Positions 1 through 13,600 of a stretch of DNA of 64,000 bases are shown one piece after another. The stretch covers positions 1,212,077 to 1,276,076 of the forward strand of contig NMRA01000002.1 in NCBI GenBank assembly GCA_002633005.1. Reading direction: 5' to 3'. Below the pieces are notes generated by a model. That model was not told the origin of the DNA. It searched no databases and worked only from the letters and a program-made list of their open reading frames with translations. The position numbers and the translations under genes are program-made. Source of the DNA: Phoronis australis. Its lineage: Eukaryota > Animalia > Phoronida. How positions within the stretch are numbered: position 1 is the first letter of the stretch; each line of letters begins with the position of its first letter.

Positions 1-99
1 AAGTTCAAAGAAAATGTGTCGATTATTGGCCATTTGTGTCGCTTTCAGAAACGTTGGGTTGAACAATTTTGCGAGTTCAAAGAAATGTGTATATGAGTA

Positions 100-245
100 T
101 CGGCGCCGGAGTGCGGAATCACGGTAGCCGTCGGGTCGGAGCCTGGCCAGTGGAAGACAGGGGGCGCACGTCCATACTGGCCAATTGAACACAGGGGGCG
201 CACGTCCGTACTGGCCAGTTGAAGACAGGGGGCGCACGGGTAAGT
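100..245 (+). promoter_or_regulatory. CpG-rich putative non-coding first exon/promoter region of OGFOD3, with a 3x33-bp repeat and a splice donor
   Basis: Locally GC/CpG-rich. Three copies of ctggccagtkgaagacagggggcgcacg at ~143-239 end at a consensus donor G|GTAAGT (240-245). The ATG-bearing exon has its own acceptor (ctttgcag ending 1568), so an upstream UTR exon is required. Confidence 0.5.
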
Positions 246-1583
246 TCATTGGCGGAGCGGAGACGGGACTGAGATTTGAGGTTTGCGGACTTTTGTTACT
301 CCGGGCATGATTAGGAAGTTTCCGCGGGTTTTGGTCGCGAAACGAAATGTGTCGATTTCACCGTCAAAAACCGACACATTTTAAAATGCGCGTTTTCACT
401 ATACCCTATATCGTGCCACTGTTGCTACGTGCTGCCAGTGTGTTGCAGCTGCTGTGCTGTTATAAGCATCTCCAAGTCCCAAGACTCTCACACACAGGGT
501 GTCCAAAATCTGAAAATATGACCAGTATACTACACCAGAGACTTGCAAACCGTTGCACAAGTCCTAGAAAAAAAGATACTGAATACTAATTCAATCAAAG
601 TGAATTTTCCATTCATTACGTCTACGGTACATCTACAGAACCGCAGCTGGCTACATAAAACCAAACAAAAATAACCAAATCAGGTTTGCCCTAGAGCCAC
701 CATTCGCATGTGATTACTATGAACTAAGAGACAGTACCTTCAGATTATAGATATCTGGTGAAACCCGCTCAGTGATGCTGAATTGTAGCTTCCTTATTGT
801 AAGTAGTAAAAGTTTAAGAAAATTAGACACAGTTGAACAAAAAGTTGATCAAGGGGTCAACAGCAAGTATTCTGTAAGAAAAGGCTCAAAATTGGTAGTG
901 AGGCACCGGTTGATTTTATTTGAAAATATTGTCTTGCGAACCTGCTCCATGTTCACACAGTTACTTCTCGGTATCACTGAGGCGATTCCTTTAACCCTCT
1001 GTGATTCTGCTCTGCCATGGCTTGAACGGTTGTAGGTATTTCCAGCACATTTTTTGACACTCAGTCCTCTAGTAAGGTGGTCTATATAAAAAATTTGCTT
1101 TTTGGATGGACTGTGGCTACATATGTAGCGGCTGCTTTAAGTGACTAGTTTGCATAACCTTCTAATAATTATCTGGGGATTCGGGTTCTCTTTGAAGTAG
1201 ATAGTGGTATGCTGCTGCACTTCCGTTATTAAAACGAGACACTTCCATCCATTCAGCTGAGGGAACTGATGGGTATCCATGATCTTTGACAACTGAAAAT
1301 TCTTTGGTTTCTATTGCACTTGAATACAAAAAAGTCGGTTTGCCATCAGACTCCGAGTATGGCCTTCAGTGCTCTGGAAATCTGAATTCCTCATCGCAAA
1401 TATTCTCCCACATTTGTGCCTGCCTCAGAAATTTACTATAATACAGCTTGTAATTTAAGTTCGGGCTTAAAATTACTACTGCATGTGAGTACCGGTTCTT
1501 GTGTCTCTTGACTTTTCAGTATAACTACCATTCAAATATTTTAACTGCCATGAAATTCAACTTTGCAGGATGATGTGAAGAAA

Positions 1584-4500
1584 ATGGCGCCCAGACACCG
1601 ATCTAAAGCTGCACAGCAAAGCAACAGGTAAGAAATAAAAAGTAAATCAATATTGAGTTGCGGATAATTAGGCCTTCCTCAGAACGTCTGTTCTCTATAA
1701 AACCAAACACAGAAATTAGTTGTAGTGCTGAGAACTGAGAAGAACCTCTTGTAAACTACTTGCTTGAAGAGCAATTCAATTTGTAACTGGATTTTTTGTT
1801 GTAAATGAATCAGTGATCTGACTTTTTTGTCCAAAATAAAATATGAAATAGTTTTTTCACTACTAGAGTCAGGAAAACTTTTTTCAAGGAAAATCCTATT
1901 GTTGCAAGTAATAGTTGAGAATGTCTTTAAATAATAGGCATCTGGAATCAGAATTACTGTTTACTTGCAGTAAAAGTCCAGAGAAATCTGGAGGTACTAA
2001 GAAGACCATTATATCCGAGTATTCAACTGTAACAGTTGTGACTAGCATCTTTGTGGGTGCGTGCCTCAGTGCTCTGGTGTATTTTGTCGGCTGGAAGCAT
2101 GGCATACAACCATCAATGATCTCCCTGGCAACGGTTAAAGAAACAGTGGCGACATTCTCTCCTGTAACATGCTCCACGGACTACGAAAAAGAATTTTCAA
2201 AATTTCCTGGTAAGTTTTTGGAGAGGACTTGCAGTTAGTGCTAACAGGTTATTACTTAAACCAGCTACAAATGCACCTTCCATTACAGTTTGCTGCATAT
2301 CATAATGATTCAGTTTTACACATCCAGATATACATAATCGCGTGCATATAGCCATCATCTCTGTCTGGGCATCTGGCCAACCATGCATTTGGCATCCATT
2401 GCTGTATGAGATTTTGCAGATGTTTTCCCATGAAGCTGATGACATATGACTATGAGTTTTGAATCGATCCAACTAGCACTGTGTCCCCTAGAGACAATTT
2501 TACTTTTTTATGCTTGCCTCTGTATCTTCAGAGTTCCATGATGGATTTTCATAAAATTTGTTAGATAAGTGTCCGCACCACCTAGTGGCCATTTATTATT
2601 TTCAAGTCTGTTTTTGGCGTCAGCCACTCTATCCACTAAATTGTTCAAAGAACATTGGCAGGTGTTTCCCTTTTGACTAGGTGCACTACTTACGCTGATT
2701 TTCATGTGGCCAATGCTGTATCTCCTAAACTTCTTTGAGGACCTTTGTGAAATAAGACAAGTACATTCTTATAAACATGGTTACAGATGACAACTTCTTT
2801 CTTACAGATCCGACTACTGTTATTGACTCAGTCGTAATTCGTAATTGGAATTCTATTTTTCACGTTTGCCTTTGTGTCTTCGGAGTTTTTGAATGGATTT
2901 TTGTGAACTTAGTCAAATAGATTTATGTAAGGAAGATGATGAGCTCTTCCTATCTTCAGACAGATTCGACATATTCTGCACTACCTGGTGGCCACTGCTT
3001 GTACTAACAAATACCCCCAAGAAGTGTTCTTTTTGCAATACAGTTCTGGGTGCATTTCAATGCTTGCATTGCTCTTGTTGTATTGTGCGGCTAATTTCAA
3101 AGTACTGGCTTAAAATTCTTAATAAATTACTGGTCACAGTGATAGTAATTAGTTTGATAGGTTAACTTTTCAGTGCATTGACCTGATGAATAATAAAAAC
3201 TAACAGCAAAAACTACGCAACTCAAAGTAAAATTAAACATGACTCGTGTCACTGTTATGCACGGGAATATCTTATGTCTCTCTGTTTTGCAGGCCCAGTC
3301 ACATTTGTTGTTACAATTTTATTGAATTTTACAAAATATTCACAAATCGTGTCCATTCTTCTGGTATTTACCTTGCTTTAGTTTGTGTATTTTAGTGTCA
3401 CAAACAGCCAATATTTTTTACTTTTCAGACTGTGTCCCTAAACAGTGTGGGAGAGCCGTGAGGGACAGTGTTGTATCATTAGATGAGGCGGCATCTTTGC
3501 TCAAGTATTTCTTCTCTAACTTCTCACTGTTTTCTGGGGTGTGTTAAGGCAATAGAATGTTAATTCGTAGTATTCTTTGTGGCAAGGCACTTTGTTATGA
3601 AGTTCGGTTGGTGTGACAAAAAGTAGAATTTCAGTTGAAGAAGAATTAAATACTCGTCATATTGATCATGTACTTTATGGTATGAGCCTTCATACAACTA
3701 GACTGTCCTCTTATCAATTCAAGAATGTGCTGATTCAGCCTTCTAAACTGTACTTTAAAATTTCCTTGCTGGAATAGCATCATGGTCAACACCTGCTACA
3801 ATACCCATTAAAATTTCAGAATTGGTCAAAAAGGTCTTGCCTTTGGAGGCTCAAGTGGTGGGGTTAGTACACTGTTTTGATATTGTTGTTATTATAAGTT
3901 TTGATATTATTGTTAATATTTATTTTAGTAGCATAACATATAGTGTTTAAGGCTTGTAAAAGGTGCTGAGATCATGAAGGACAGTTGAGTGAATGGTGTT
4001 GTTTAATATTCCTTGAACTGTACTCTTGTTTTAACGACTCTAAACTAGTGCCCTCTATCATCTAAATTTCTCTAAGGTCATCATTCATCAGGATGTCTGA
4101 GCATCATAGACTGGTTCTTTTGTGGCAAAGTAACAAAAGCGAGATTGAATGGTCTACATTTGTGAGCTACGCGACGATGTGTTTTGATTTCACCTTAAAG
4201 TTGAGTGTTGTATTTTATAGGCTTCGAGTTTAGATCTACATTGTGGTGAGCTATAAACCGCTGACCGAGTTCACCTCAAAGTTTAGCTTTGTGTTTTGTA
4301 GGCTTCAATCTTAGATCTACATTCTGGTGCTCTATCACAGGGTGATAAGTTTGTTGACATTTACAGGTATGTTGTTAAACTTACCTGCCTTCACTGGAAG
4401 TTGAAGTGCAGTCTTCCTAATCAGTTGTGTCACTAAAAACAATTTCTTTCTTTTATCCTTGAACATACCGTCGCGTAACATTCTGAACCAAAACTTTTGT

Positions 4501-7500
4501 TAAATATATATTACTTGCAGAGAACTAAAACTCTAGTTGCGGTTCCCAATGCAATCATAAAAATTGAATTTTTACAAAGTTACTGGGGAATATTGTCTTC
4601 CCCCATTATATGTTTTTAATGTAGTGTTCTTGTTTCATAGAAATATTACACAGTTATAAGGATACAGTCATATTTCTGAAAAACAAAATGCTTAAAAATT
4701 CATTGAACTTTCCCAATTTGTACATTCAAGCTCTTTTTGTTTTGAAAAGATGCAACCAGTATTATTCTATTAACTTAGTGTTTAATAATATTTTCATTTA
4801 TGGATTATTTCAGCCTTATGAGAAAAAACGACCAGCAAATCTTCACCACAGAAGATTTCACATTGTACAGGTACTTTATTTCTGACTTTCTTTCAGCTAC
4901 ATTTCAAATGCTGTTGAGTTTTAAAGATTTTGAAACTGTTTTCGTATAAAAATCTCTTGTTGCTTTTCAACTTTTGTGTTTTCATTAGTGAATTCGCCAA
5001 GTAGGTTCCTTTGTGGTGAAGTTTTCTTGTCTGCTTTCTAATTTGTACACACGATACTGGTAACAATTTTTACTTGTTGCTAGTTAGTACCCACCATGTA
5101 GGCCATGCTTCTTACTGATTGGTAGAATTGTACTCACTCCATGATATGAATATGTAAATCTTGAACCGTCATTGATATAGGGCGCAAAATTTTTAAGTCT
5201 GGTCTGCATGCCACCTGTTGGTCACATCACGTGACCTAATGGACATTCATTCGCCATTGTTTTCATTCAGTGTCACTCTTCATAGGGCTTTCATTTTCTC
5301 ATTTGTTTTGTTTTGTAAATGCACACACTGCAACTATTTGTTATGCCAGGTAATTGAGATTAAGAGAGTTTCAACTGAAATGTCAGTTAAAAAGATGATT
5401 ATATTTTAGATTTGTCTTCCGTATTGTATAGTGACTGGATACTTTTGGATCAGAGCTAACTTTAAACTTTAAAATTTTGGATTTATTTTTTAGAAATCTA
5501 AACATTTGCATGACTTTTCTTTGAGCACCCCTTCAACATATTGAAAAGGAATTCCTTGCATAGTTTCCTAGTCGTGTTCGAAGATCACCTCCAGCATATT
5601 GAAGAGGGACTGTTTGTGTAGTACTATAGTCAAGGCACCAATCAAACCCAAAAAAAATGCCCAACTTGAATCTATCTGGACTGAGAGTTTTTATTTTAGC
5701 CCGAGCAAAGTCCTATGTAACAAAATGCCCTTTAAATGTTTTGACAGTCTCTCTTTCTCTTCCTCCTGCCATCCCCCTCCATCCTTCCNCTGCTTAATTA
5801 ACTCATCCATGGTGATTAATATGGCATTCTACCATTTTGTTGTTCCAGTGAACTCAAGAATAAGATACACAGTGCCATCTGTGAGCAGTTTAACATTCCA
5901 AAAGACAAGCTCTTTCTTACTCATCCCACGTTTTTCTCCCGCATGACTGACAAGCCAGCGAAAACTGTACATGATGAATACTGGCACAACCACATTGACA
6001 AGGTGCGTAAAGATGTTAATCTTTCGTCGTTCAACTGAAGCATTTCTGCATGCACCATTGTAATGTTGATTGAATTAACTTACGGTGATGTGGGATGTTA
6101 TTGACTAGTCTGCGTCTGATTTTTTTTACTTTTTACCAACCTGCCGTAATTGGGATCAATCACATGATCATGTCTTTTTAGTCAAATTTAGCAAAAAAGA
6201 AACATGGGTACATTGATGGCAAAACAACAGTATTTATAACATGGTCAAACTTTGTTTGATTTAAATGGTCAAGATGAGATCACAAAAACTCTGTTACAGT
6301 GTTTTAAAATATCATTTGATTGTATGGAATTTTAGATTTTTTTTTCATTACAATTATGAAAATCCTATGCTTTGATAACTTCTTGTAGAAAAGAGAAACA
6401 TTTTAAAAACAGTTTCTAACACCGTTTTGGCAAACAGTGCATAAAACACAGTAAGTGGAAGTTTCAGATCTGATCAGTCATTTCTGAAATATTCGAAAGT
6501 TAGCCAAGTTTGGACATAACCTTAATTCCAACTGACAGTTTTTGCATGTCGTTTTGAAAGAGGGTTAATTTTTTAAAGTAATAGAAAAGTGCATTGAGAA
6601 CTATGCATGGTTAGAATGGCTAAAGTATTTCATACTATTTCCAGGAGACGTACGGAACATTTGACTATACTTCTCTCCTTTACTTGTCCTCTTATGGTCA
6701 TGATTTCAATGGTGGCAGGTTTATATTTGTGGACAAAGATAGCAATACAACTGTGGAGCCCAAGTTAGGTGAGTGACTGAGTTATGATGCACTAGCTTGT
6801 CATGTTATCAATATATTGGTTATTACGATAACTCCACCAAGGTTGACTTGAACACTTTGAACTGCACAATGGAGGTTTTCAACTAATATATCTTGGTAAA
6901 CCCCTCTGTTATTTACAACCTACATAATTCACAAAGTGCATGGACTATGGATTTCTGCTCCTGGCTGAAACATCACTCTGTGAGAATGGTTGCAAGGTTG
7001 TGGCATTGAACGATATGCCTAGAAGACCCAGCTGTGCAGTTCGTTCTCATTATAGCTTTGCGAGGGGTTTGTGCAACCAGAAACGAAATCTCAAATTGTG
7101 CCACAAAAATGGTGATAACTTTTGAATTCGTAGTTGGTTTTGATGTTTTTTTCACTTTTGCAAGGTGGAAATCGGTATTTTTCCGAGATGTATGCTTTTA
7201 TCTTCAGAGCGAAAAAATTAATTTTCAGTTCCCCTACCCTAATATTAGCGCTTGCGATCATGATGTATGAAGGGCACACAAGGGCTTCTTGGAATTGGGA
7301 TTGCTGAGTTGGACTGAAAGACAAATGCACACACCATTTGAGCATCACCACATCATCTCTATATGCTATGCAGTGAAAGAATGTATACTTATCTCTCAAT
7401 TTACTTTTTGTCATAAATACCTGGCATGATGGTGGCTTTTTATCATTTGTCACTAGGGCTTTGCACATGCAAAATGACGTAGCGCGTACTACACATGCTC

Positions 7501-8249
7501 AGTAAAAGTCAAAGATCCTGGAGGAAGCTTTTTTGAAGAAATTCTTACCTCATGTGACATTTCCATCTCGAATCCTGAGTCAGAATTATAGTTCTACGTT
7601 TGTCAACTGACATCTCTGCTGCTATATGCATCAGTCGCAATTAGATGAGAAATTTATTGGCAGAAATTCCTTTAAAAAACAGGAAAAACTCGAAAAGCTT
7701 GCCTATCATTTGGGAGTTGTAAAACTGTTGTCTGATGTTAAACTGTTGTTTTCTCCCTTGAAATTTACAATCAGCTTGGTTAAGATTGGCCTAGTTCCTA
7801 AGTACACTCCCTAATCAGAACGTTCAGCTGCGGGTAAGTAAGTCACCAAAAGGTGCATTGGCAGTGGAAAGAGTTCCTAAGTTGTACTAGCAGCGTATAA
7901 CATATACCAGGTTAGGCCTTTGGCCTAGCTGCTGCTTCATTTTTCCCAATATTAAGAAAACCAACTTCTGTGTTTTGTTTCATCTGTTTTGATTTGTTTC
8001 GTTTCTGGTTTTACAAATCTTTAAGCCTTTTGGCTCTTTGATGGAGCTCAGATAGCAACCATGGACAAATTTATTCAGAAAATTTGTAAATTATGTTATT
8101 TTCTGTCTGCAGGGAGGGTGTCATTCTTCACGTCTGGTTCTGAAAATGTCCACCATGTGGAGAAAGTGAGCCAGGGTACACGATACGCCATTACAGTTTC
8201 ATTTACGTGTGACCCGCAACATGCCATCAAAGATCCTCGACTTAAGTGA
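1584..8249 (+). CDS. OGFOD3: 2-oxoglutarate/Fe(II)-dependent oxygenase domain-containing protein 3 (type II membrane prolyl-hydroxylase-like), complete, 9 coding exons
   Basis: Exons 1584-1627, 1971-2209, 3429-3504, 3820-3862, 4302-4366, 4814-4870, 5849-6002, 6645-6768, 8113-8249, all GT-AG with compatible phases. Translation: MAPRHRSK..., TM segment (VTVVTSIFVGACLSALVYFVGW), CVPKQCGRAVRD, GLAFGGSSGGASILDLHSGALS, PTFFSRM, HDEYWHNHIDK (HxD Fe ligands), TYGTFDYTSLLYLS, GRVSFFTSGSENVHHVEKV...GTRYAITVSFTC. These match the vertebrate OGFOD3 motifs as I recall them. Confidence 0.96.
4150..4330 (+). repeat. Degenerate ~80-bp tandem duplication of the OGFOD3 exon-5 acceptor and exon start
   Basis: tattttatag|GCTTCGAGTTTAGATCTACATTGTGGTGAGCTATAA (4211-4256) copies gttttgtag|GCTTCAATCTTAGATCTACATTCTGGTGCTCTATCA (4293-4337). 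A further decayed copy lies at ~4151-4210. Confidence 0.8.
5146..5245. mobile_element. Fragment of a dispersed MITE-like family (other pieces at ~12810-12870 and 13041-13200)
   Basis: 5151-5241 is close to the reverse complement of 13106-13200 (tatgtaaatct...tttttaagtytggtctgcaygccacctgttggycacatcaygtgacctaatg). Confidence 0.65.
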
Positions 8250-8645
8250 ACAAGACACTTCTTGTCAGTGTGTGGATCTGTATGAGATAGCGAATGGTCT
8301 TTTGGGAACAAATTGTTTTTAATTTCCCACCTCGGGTGTACCTAGACTTTACAGTGGTTGCTTAGTAATTTGATTGTATCAATGATCGCTTACAACTTAC
8401 AAGTGGGTAGTGGCTGACTGTTTTATTGTCTTACTAATAATTAGTGCAACTGTTACTCAACTGATCATTTTCCAAGGCTGTCTTAGGTCGAACAGTAGTG
8501 TTCACTGGCACGAGAAGCAGCACTAACCCACCATCCATCACAAAAACTAAGTTTTAGCTGAGACTAATTACCATTTATTATATTGGTTTCAAGATGTTCC
8601 TCAGTGAAATTAGTGGTTTCTGGGCTTGGAAAGAACTGACAGTAT

Positions 8646-8744
8646 CATTTGTCATGGCGACAGTTTGATTTGTCACGGCGACAGTTTGATGTGTCACAGC
8701 AATAGTTTGCTTTGTCACGGCGACAGTTTGATTTGTTACGGCGA
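8646..8744. repeat. 21-bp minisatellite, ~5 copies (tttgtcacggcgacagtttga)
   Basis: Directly visible downstream of the OGFOD3 stop codon. Confidence 0.85.
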
Positions 8745-9140
8745 ACCACTGCATGTGCCAAGCACGATCTCAAGCCACATCAAAGTGTCAGTTTATGTCT
8801 AAAAACCACTCACATCTGAGGAAACAAGTTGAAATCAGTTTTACAACGGAAAGTGATAAGTCTCTGGTGGAACACATGATTATGTCTGCTTTATCAGAAA
8901 TTTATGACAAGTGTTGGCTAAGAACTGGAACTTCATCCAACATATTTTACTTGGAACACTCCAGTCTTTCAGCTCACAGTGTTGTACAACTGGCTGTTGT
9001 CCCTGTAAGGAAGACTTCTAAAGAAAAGATTGTATAACTTTTGACATCACTGAACTTATTGATAACGTAGAAAATAAATCTGAAACTAAATAAGGCGATC
9101 CAGATCCTCCCAAGGATACTATTGTTTCACGAAATGTAGA

Positions 9141-9352
9141 ATAGGTAAATAAAACAACAAGAATGGATCAACTGAAATTTTCTGATGTAATAACGTCCTT
9201 TATCAACAGAAACAGAAATAAAGTAAAATCAAACACTATATGACAATTTTCATATAGTGTTTGATTTTACTTTATTTCTGTTTCTGTTGACAAAGGACGT
9301 TATCACATCCGAAAATTTCAATTGATCCATTCTTGTTGTTTTATTTACCTAT
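9141..9352. repeat. Near-perfect 212-bp palindrome (103-bp arms, 6-nt loop), foldback/MITE-like
   Basis: Arm 9141-9243 is the reverse complement of 9250-9352 with 4 mismatches; loop caattt at 9244-9249. Confidence 0.92.
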
Positions 9353-10624
9353 ATATATTGAACTTATTGACAACTTATTAAATAAAATTGACATTGGCAC
9401 TTTTATGTTATCAATGTCCTTGAGGAGGCACTATATGACTGAACAACAAAGTTTATAAAGGAATGTCTTGTGTTCGTTTCTTTAAGTACATCACTATACA
9501 TGGTCGTAGTACAAACTTAGTGAATGATGCGTGCAATAATGTCGCTGAGATAATAATAACTGGTCTTTGCAGGTGTCAGTCAAAAATAGGCTGTAATATT
9601 TGTCTTGTGTTGTTTGAAGTGAAAATCTTCATTGTGTCTAGTACACTGCTCGTTATTGACGGTGGTGGTTTTTCTAGAGTAAATTTCTTGTGGGAAGACA
9701 TGCAATATTTGTTAACACTGAAGTGAGGTGTTTTTAAGGAAACATTTTAATGTCACTGTATAATGCAGTTTATTGTGTTTAATAACCAGTGTTGTAATTA
9801 TGAATTACAACTTTTCTTGTATAATACAGCAGGAAGCATAGATATCTGATTATTCCCTGAAGATAGTGATGTGACCAACAATCTTTGCCAACCTTTTTGT
9901 CTGTTAAATATTCAAGTGAAGGGAAATTTATGTACATTTTTGTTCAAAAAACACAAATTTTTTGTGGACCAGACATTTTCCTGTTTAAAGTTGTTTTTGG
10001 TGCTAATGGCCTTGTTACCATGACTTGAATTTGTGAAGTCTTACTCATAAATATGTTTCAACCAACTTAATCCTTCATTTTCATTTTGTTTCACTTATGC
10101 ACATAATGCACAAATACTGTTGATAATGTGAAAGTGCTACCGCCCATAGGCTTAACATTTATATGCTAAACTTGTAATACGTATACAAAGGATTGCTGTC
10201 TCTACTTATGAATCGCATGTACAAGGAATAGTTGGTTCCACCTATAAGTGCAGCATAGGTGCATGCGCCTTTGTACAAATTTTTTAAATACATTTCAAGT
10301 ACAGTCGAACCGTACAACATACCCTGTTTAGTACTTGAGCAGCTATGTAAAATACAAACTTCCGAGTCTCAATTTTTGTAAATCAACCCTGGTTACAACG
10401 AACTATCGCTATAGCATTCCCAAAGTCCCTTAATGTAACCTAGTTCCAGGCGTATAGGCGTGAACGCGTGCACATAGTATAGTTGGCAAAAACAATATCG
10501 TTCATTCTATGCTTCAAAATTGACAACATCGGCAACAAAACCAGTTCTTTGGCAAAAAGATTGTGCTTTATTTTATAAAAGATGAATTGCAAAATTAACA
10601 AATACTCAGATACATGTCACTTCT

Positions 10625-13600
10625 TTATCTCATTATGACAACTTCATCGTGTAACTTCCTCAGTGATGACCTCAGAGGTTCTGGTGCTAGATGAAGGGGT
10701 GTTTTCTCTTCCTAAAAATGTAATACAACTGAATGCAATACTTCAGGAAACGGGACCATGAGTGACAAAACATTATGAAATGTCAGCAATTCACAATTAG
10801 CCATGTGACATTTAATCACGCTGTAAAATGATACGCAACTTGTGAACTAACCAGTCCTAGGTTTACTGGTTGGTGGAAAATTCATTTCTAGTTGTGTGTT
10901 ATTGAGTTGGTGACAGCAGTCGTGATTACTGACCATTGCAAGTATCTGAAGGGGATACTGTCATAAAAAGTAAACAAGTCCAGAAATTATCCAAAAGAAC
11001 ACTACAAAGTTAAAACCATGTGGCTGAAAAAGTTGTGTGTTTTCTTCAAAATTAAACTTGTACTCCATAAAATTTGTTGACCAAAGGCCAAGTTTTGAAT
11101 TGGATTCATTCAACTTGAAAGTTTAATTTTTTTTCTTCATGTCCAGAATAAGTCGAGTTTAGATTCCCCAGAACTGATCGTTAGCTGGCAATAAACAGTT
11201 CAGTGGTGGAAAAACAATTTTCAACTAATTTATGAGACGAAACGAGAATTTTATCATCGCTTGGACTGGATCCCTACTCAAAACTGCAGATCACAGTTCA
11301 AAATTTACTGTTGTGAACATTGGGGCATTCTAGTCAATTTTTTATGCCTACGATTCCTGGTGTAATACACAATGAACTACGCAGCAAAAGCAGCAACGGC
11401 CACAAAAAGGGAGCACAATACGTAGAATCGGTCCAAAATTGAGGTGTTGTCGTCACATCAATGTATTTGCCAAATTTCATAAAAATCCGTCTAGAAACCA
11501 GACAGATGTAGCAGCAAATGTCACAAAACTAAAATTGTCACTAGGGGACACAGTAGTAGTGAGATTCATCTAATGGTCATGGTCACCTAAAACCAGCTTA
11601 ATAAGAACACACCTGCCATATTTCATGAAGATGTTGCCAGGGGTTTTGTAGATCAGCCAGCGGATGCCAGACAGGTGGACAATTGGATAGAGATGATAAA
11701 AAGTTTTGAATACTTTTCAATGACAGCAGCAAACATGAAGCAGGTGGACTACAGCTTTTAAAGCACCGGCAAGCCCGAGGAACAGTTGTCAGAACAATAC
11801 CTTATTCTCCACGTCTAGTCTGGCGCCGTGTTCAACGAGCAGCTTGGCAACTTCTGCCCGCTCTTCTTCACAGGCCAAATGTCTGCAAAAACCATGAGAA
11901 ATAACTGACTGAGTTCAGATACCTTGAGAAAAACGGTAAGGAAAACACTTATAGCGACTATAAACTATCGTTTTCTCCACTAAGAAACATTTTTTTTTTT
12001 ATTTTCACAACTTACAGCAGTAAAATTGGTCTCTACTTGTTCCTTGTTCACATGGTTCTGGGCGTGCAAAGAACTGGTTGTCATTACTTGTGGACACTAT
12101 GCTCGATGAATAAAATGACACCATGCTCGATGAATAAAATGACACCATGCTCGATGAATAAAATGACACCATGCTCGATAAACAAAATGACACCATGCTC
12201 GATGAACAAAATGACACCATGCTCGATGAACAAAATGACACCATGCTCGATGAACAAAATGACACCATGCTCGATGAATAAAATGACACCATGCTCGATG
12301 AATAAAATGACACCATGCTCGACGAATAAAATGACACCATGCTCGACGAATAAAATGACACCATGCTCGATGCATAAAATGACATGCTGTGACGACAAGC
12401 CAACTTGCAAAGCCTGGTCTAAAGCAATATCAGATTTTAGTTAAAATATTTCAAAGTCCTGAATTCACCTCTAATTTGACTAAGGAACAAATTGAAATTG
12501 AGTTCATGATGGTAAGTGTTCTAAATCAAGTTTTTTGATGCAAAACTGCTTTAAAGTGGCCTTCCGTCTCAAAGCCAACTTTTTATTTAGACACTTGTTG
12601 TTGTGAATTTGGTATCCAATTGTTCCTAGGTCAAATGCAAGTAGACTTCTTGGCTTGGAAAGTTTGCCATTGGTTGAAACCAGGCTCTACAAGTTGGCTC
12701 GTCATTTTGTCTGCCATGCATGGTCTTGAGCAATAAGTTAAATGATTGCCTAGAAGCCATTTTTTTCTTTTTTTTTGTATGCCCAGATACCATTTTCCAC
12801 TTAAGTTAGGAACATGTTGAGATCATAGCAAATATTTTTAAGTCTGATCCGTATGCCACCTCGTGTGACTTGATGAATATAGGTCTGAACAAATTTCTGC
12901 CCCAACTAGGACTTGAACCCGAGACCTTGTGCTAATCGTGCAGACGCTTTAGTCCACTGATCCATCAGGACCACCGGTTAAGCACAGAAATCCAATCAGA
13001 CTTAGTAGTGGGCACCCTGCTCTTGAACTCCCAAGTGTAAATGAATGTGTAAATCTTAAACCAAAGTGGAAACATAGACTGCAAATAGTCTGAAAGACTT
13101 ATACTCATTAGGTCACATGATGTGGCCAACAGGTGGCGTGCAGACCAAACTTAAAAATGTTTGCAATCTATATTTCCACATTGATTTTAGATTTACATAT
13201 GCAACTGAGAATGGTTTTACACGAATAAAAAGAAAAAAATAGCCTGTGTGCTGAAACCCATGTTTTCTGTCACTTTACATAACGAAAGTTACTTCATAGA
13301 AGAGAAAAAAATGGATTGCAATGTCCATCTGAATACTGTATTTAAAAATAAAAACTTTTCATATTGTTTAAAGTCAAATGAGACACATAAACACAATCAG
13401 CATCAACGTAAGTTTGAGCACTATTATCAATAATTAAATACAACCAAACGATCAATCAATCAACAGATCCTGCATGACAGAACCAAGAGTAAAACTTTTA
13501 CTTATTTCACTCTACCATCCGATGAGACGTACAGGGGCGTGTTGCCTTCAGAATCTTGACATTGTATGTCAGCACTGTAGGACAGCAGCAGTTTGACCAT

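Noticed and set aside
770-1500. Coding-looking decayed sequence on the - strand in the OGFOD3 5' intron (e.g. KDHGYPSVPSAEW)
   Set aside because: Interrupted by stops, and I cannot assign a family without a search; possibly an old transposon remnant.
8255-9800. Iron-responsive elements (CAGUGN loops at ~8266, ~8602, ~8977, ~9787) downstream of the Fe-dependent OGFOD3
   Set aside because: Flanking bases do not form the 5-bp upper stem with a bulged C.
12005-12444. Four overlapping repetitive ORFs (SSMVSFYS, MNKMTPCS, IEHGVILF, HRAWCHFI)
   Set aside because: By-products of a 24-bp intronic minisatellite that is open in several frames on both strands; no splice support.
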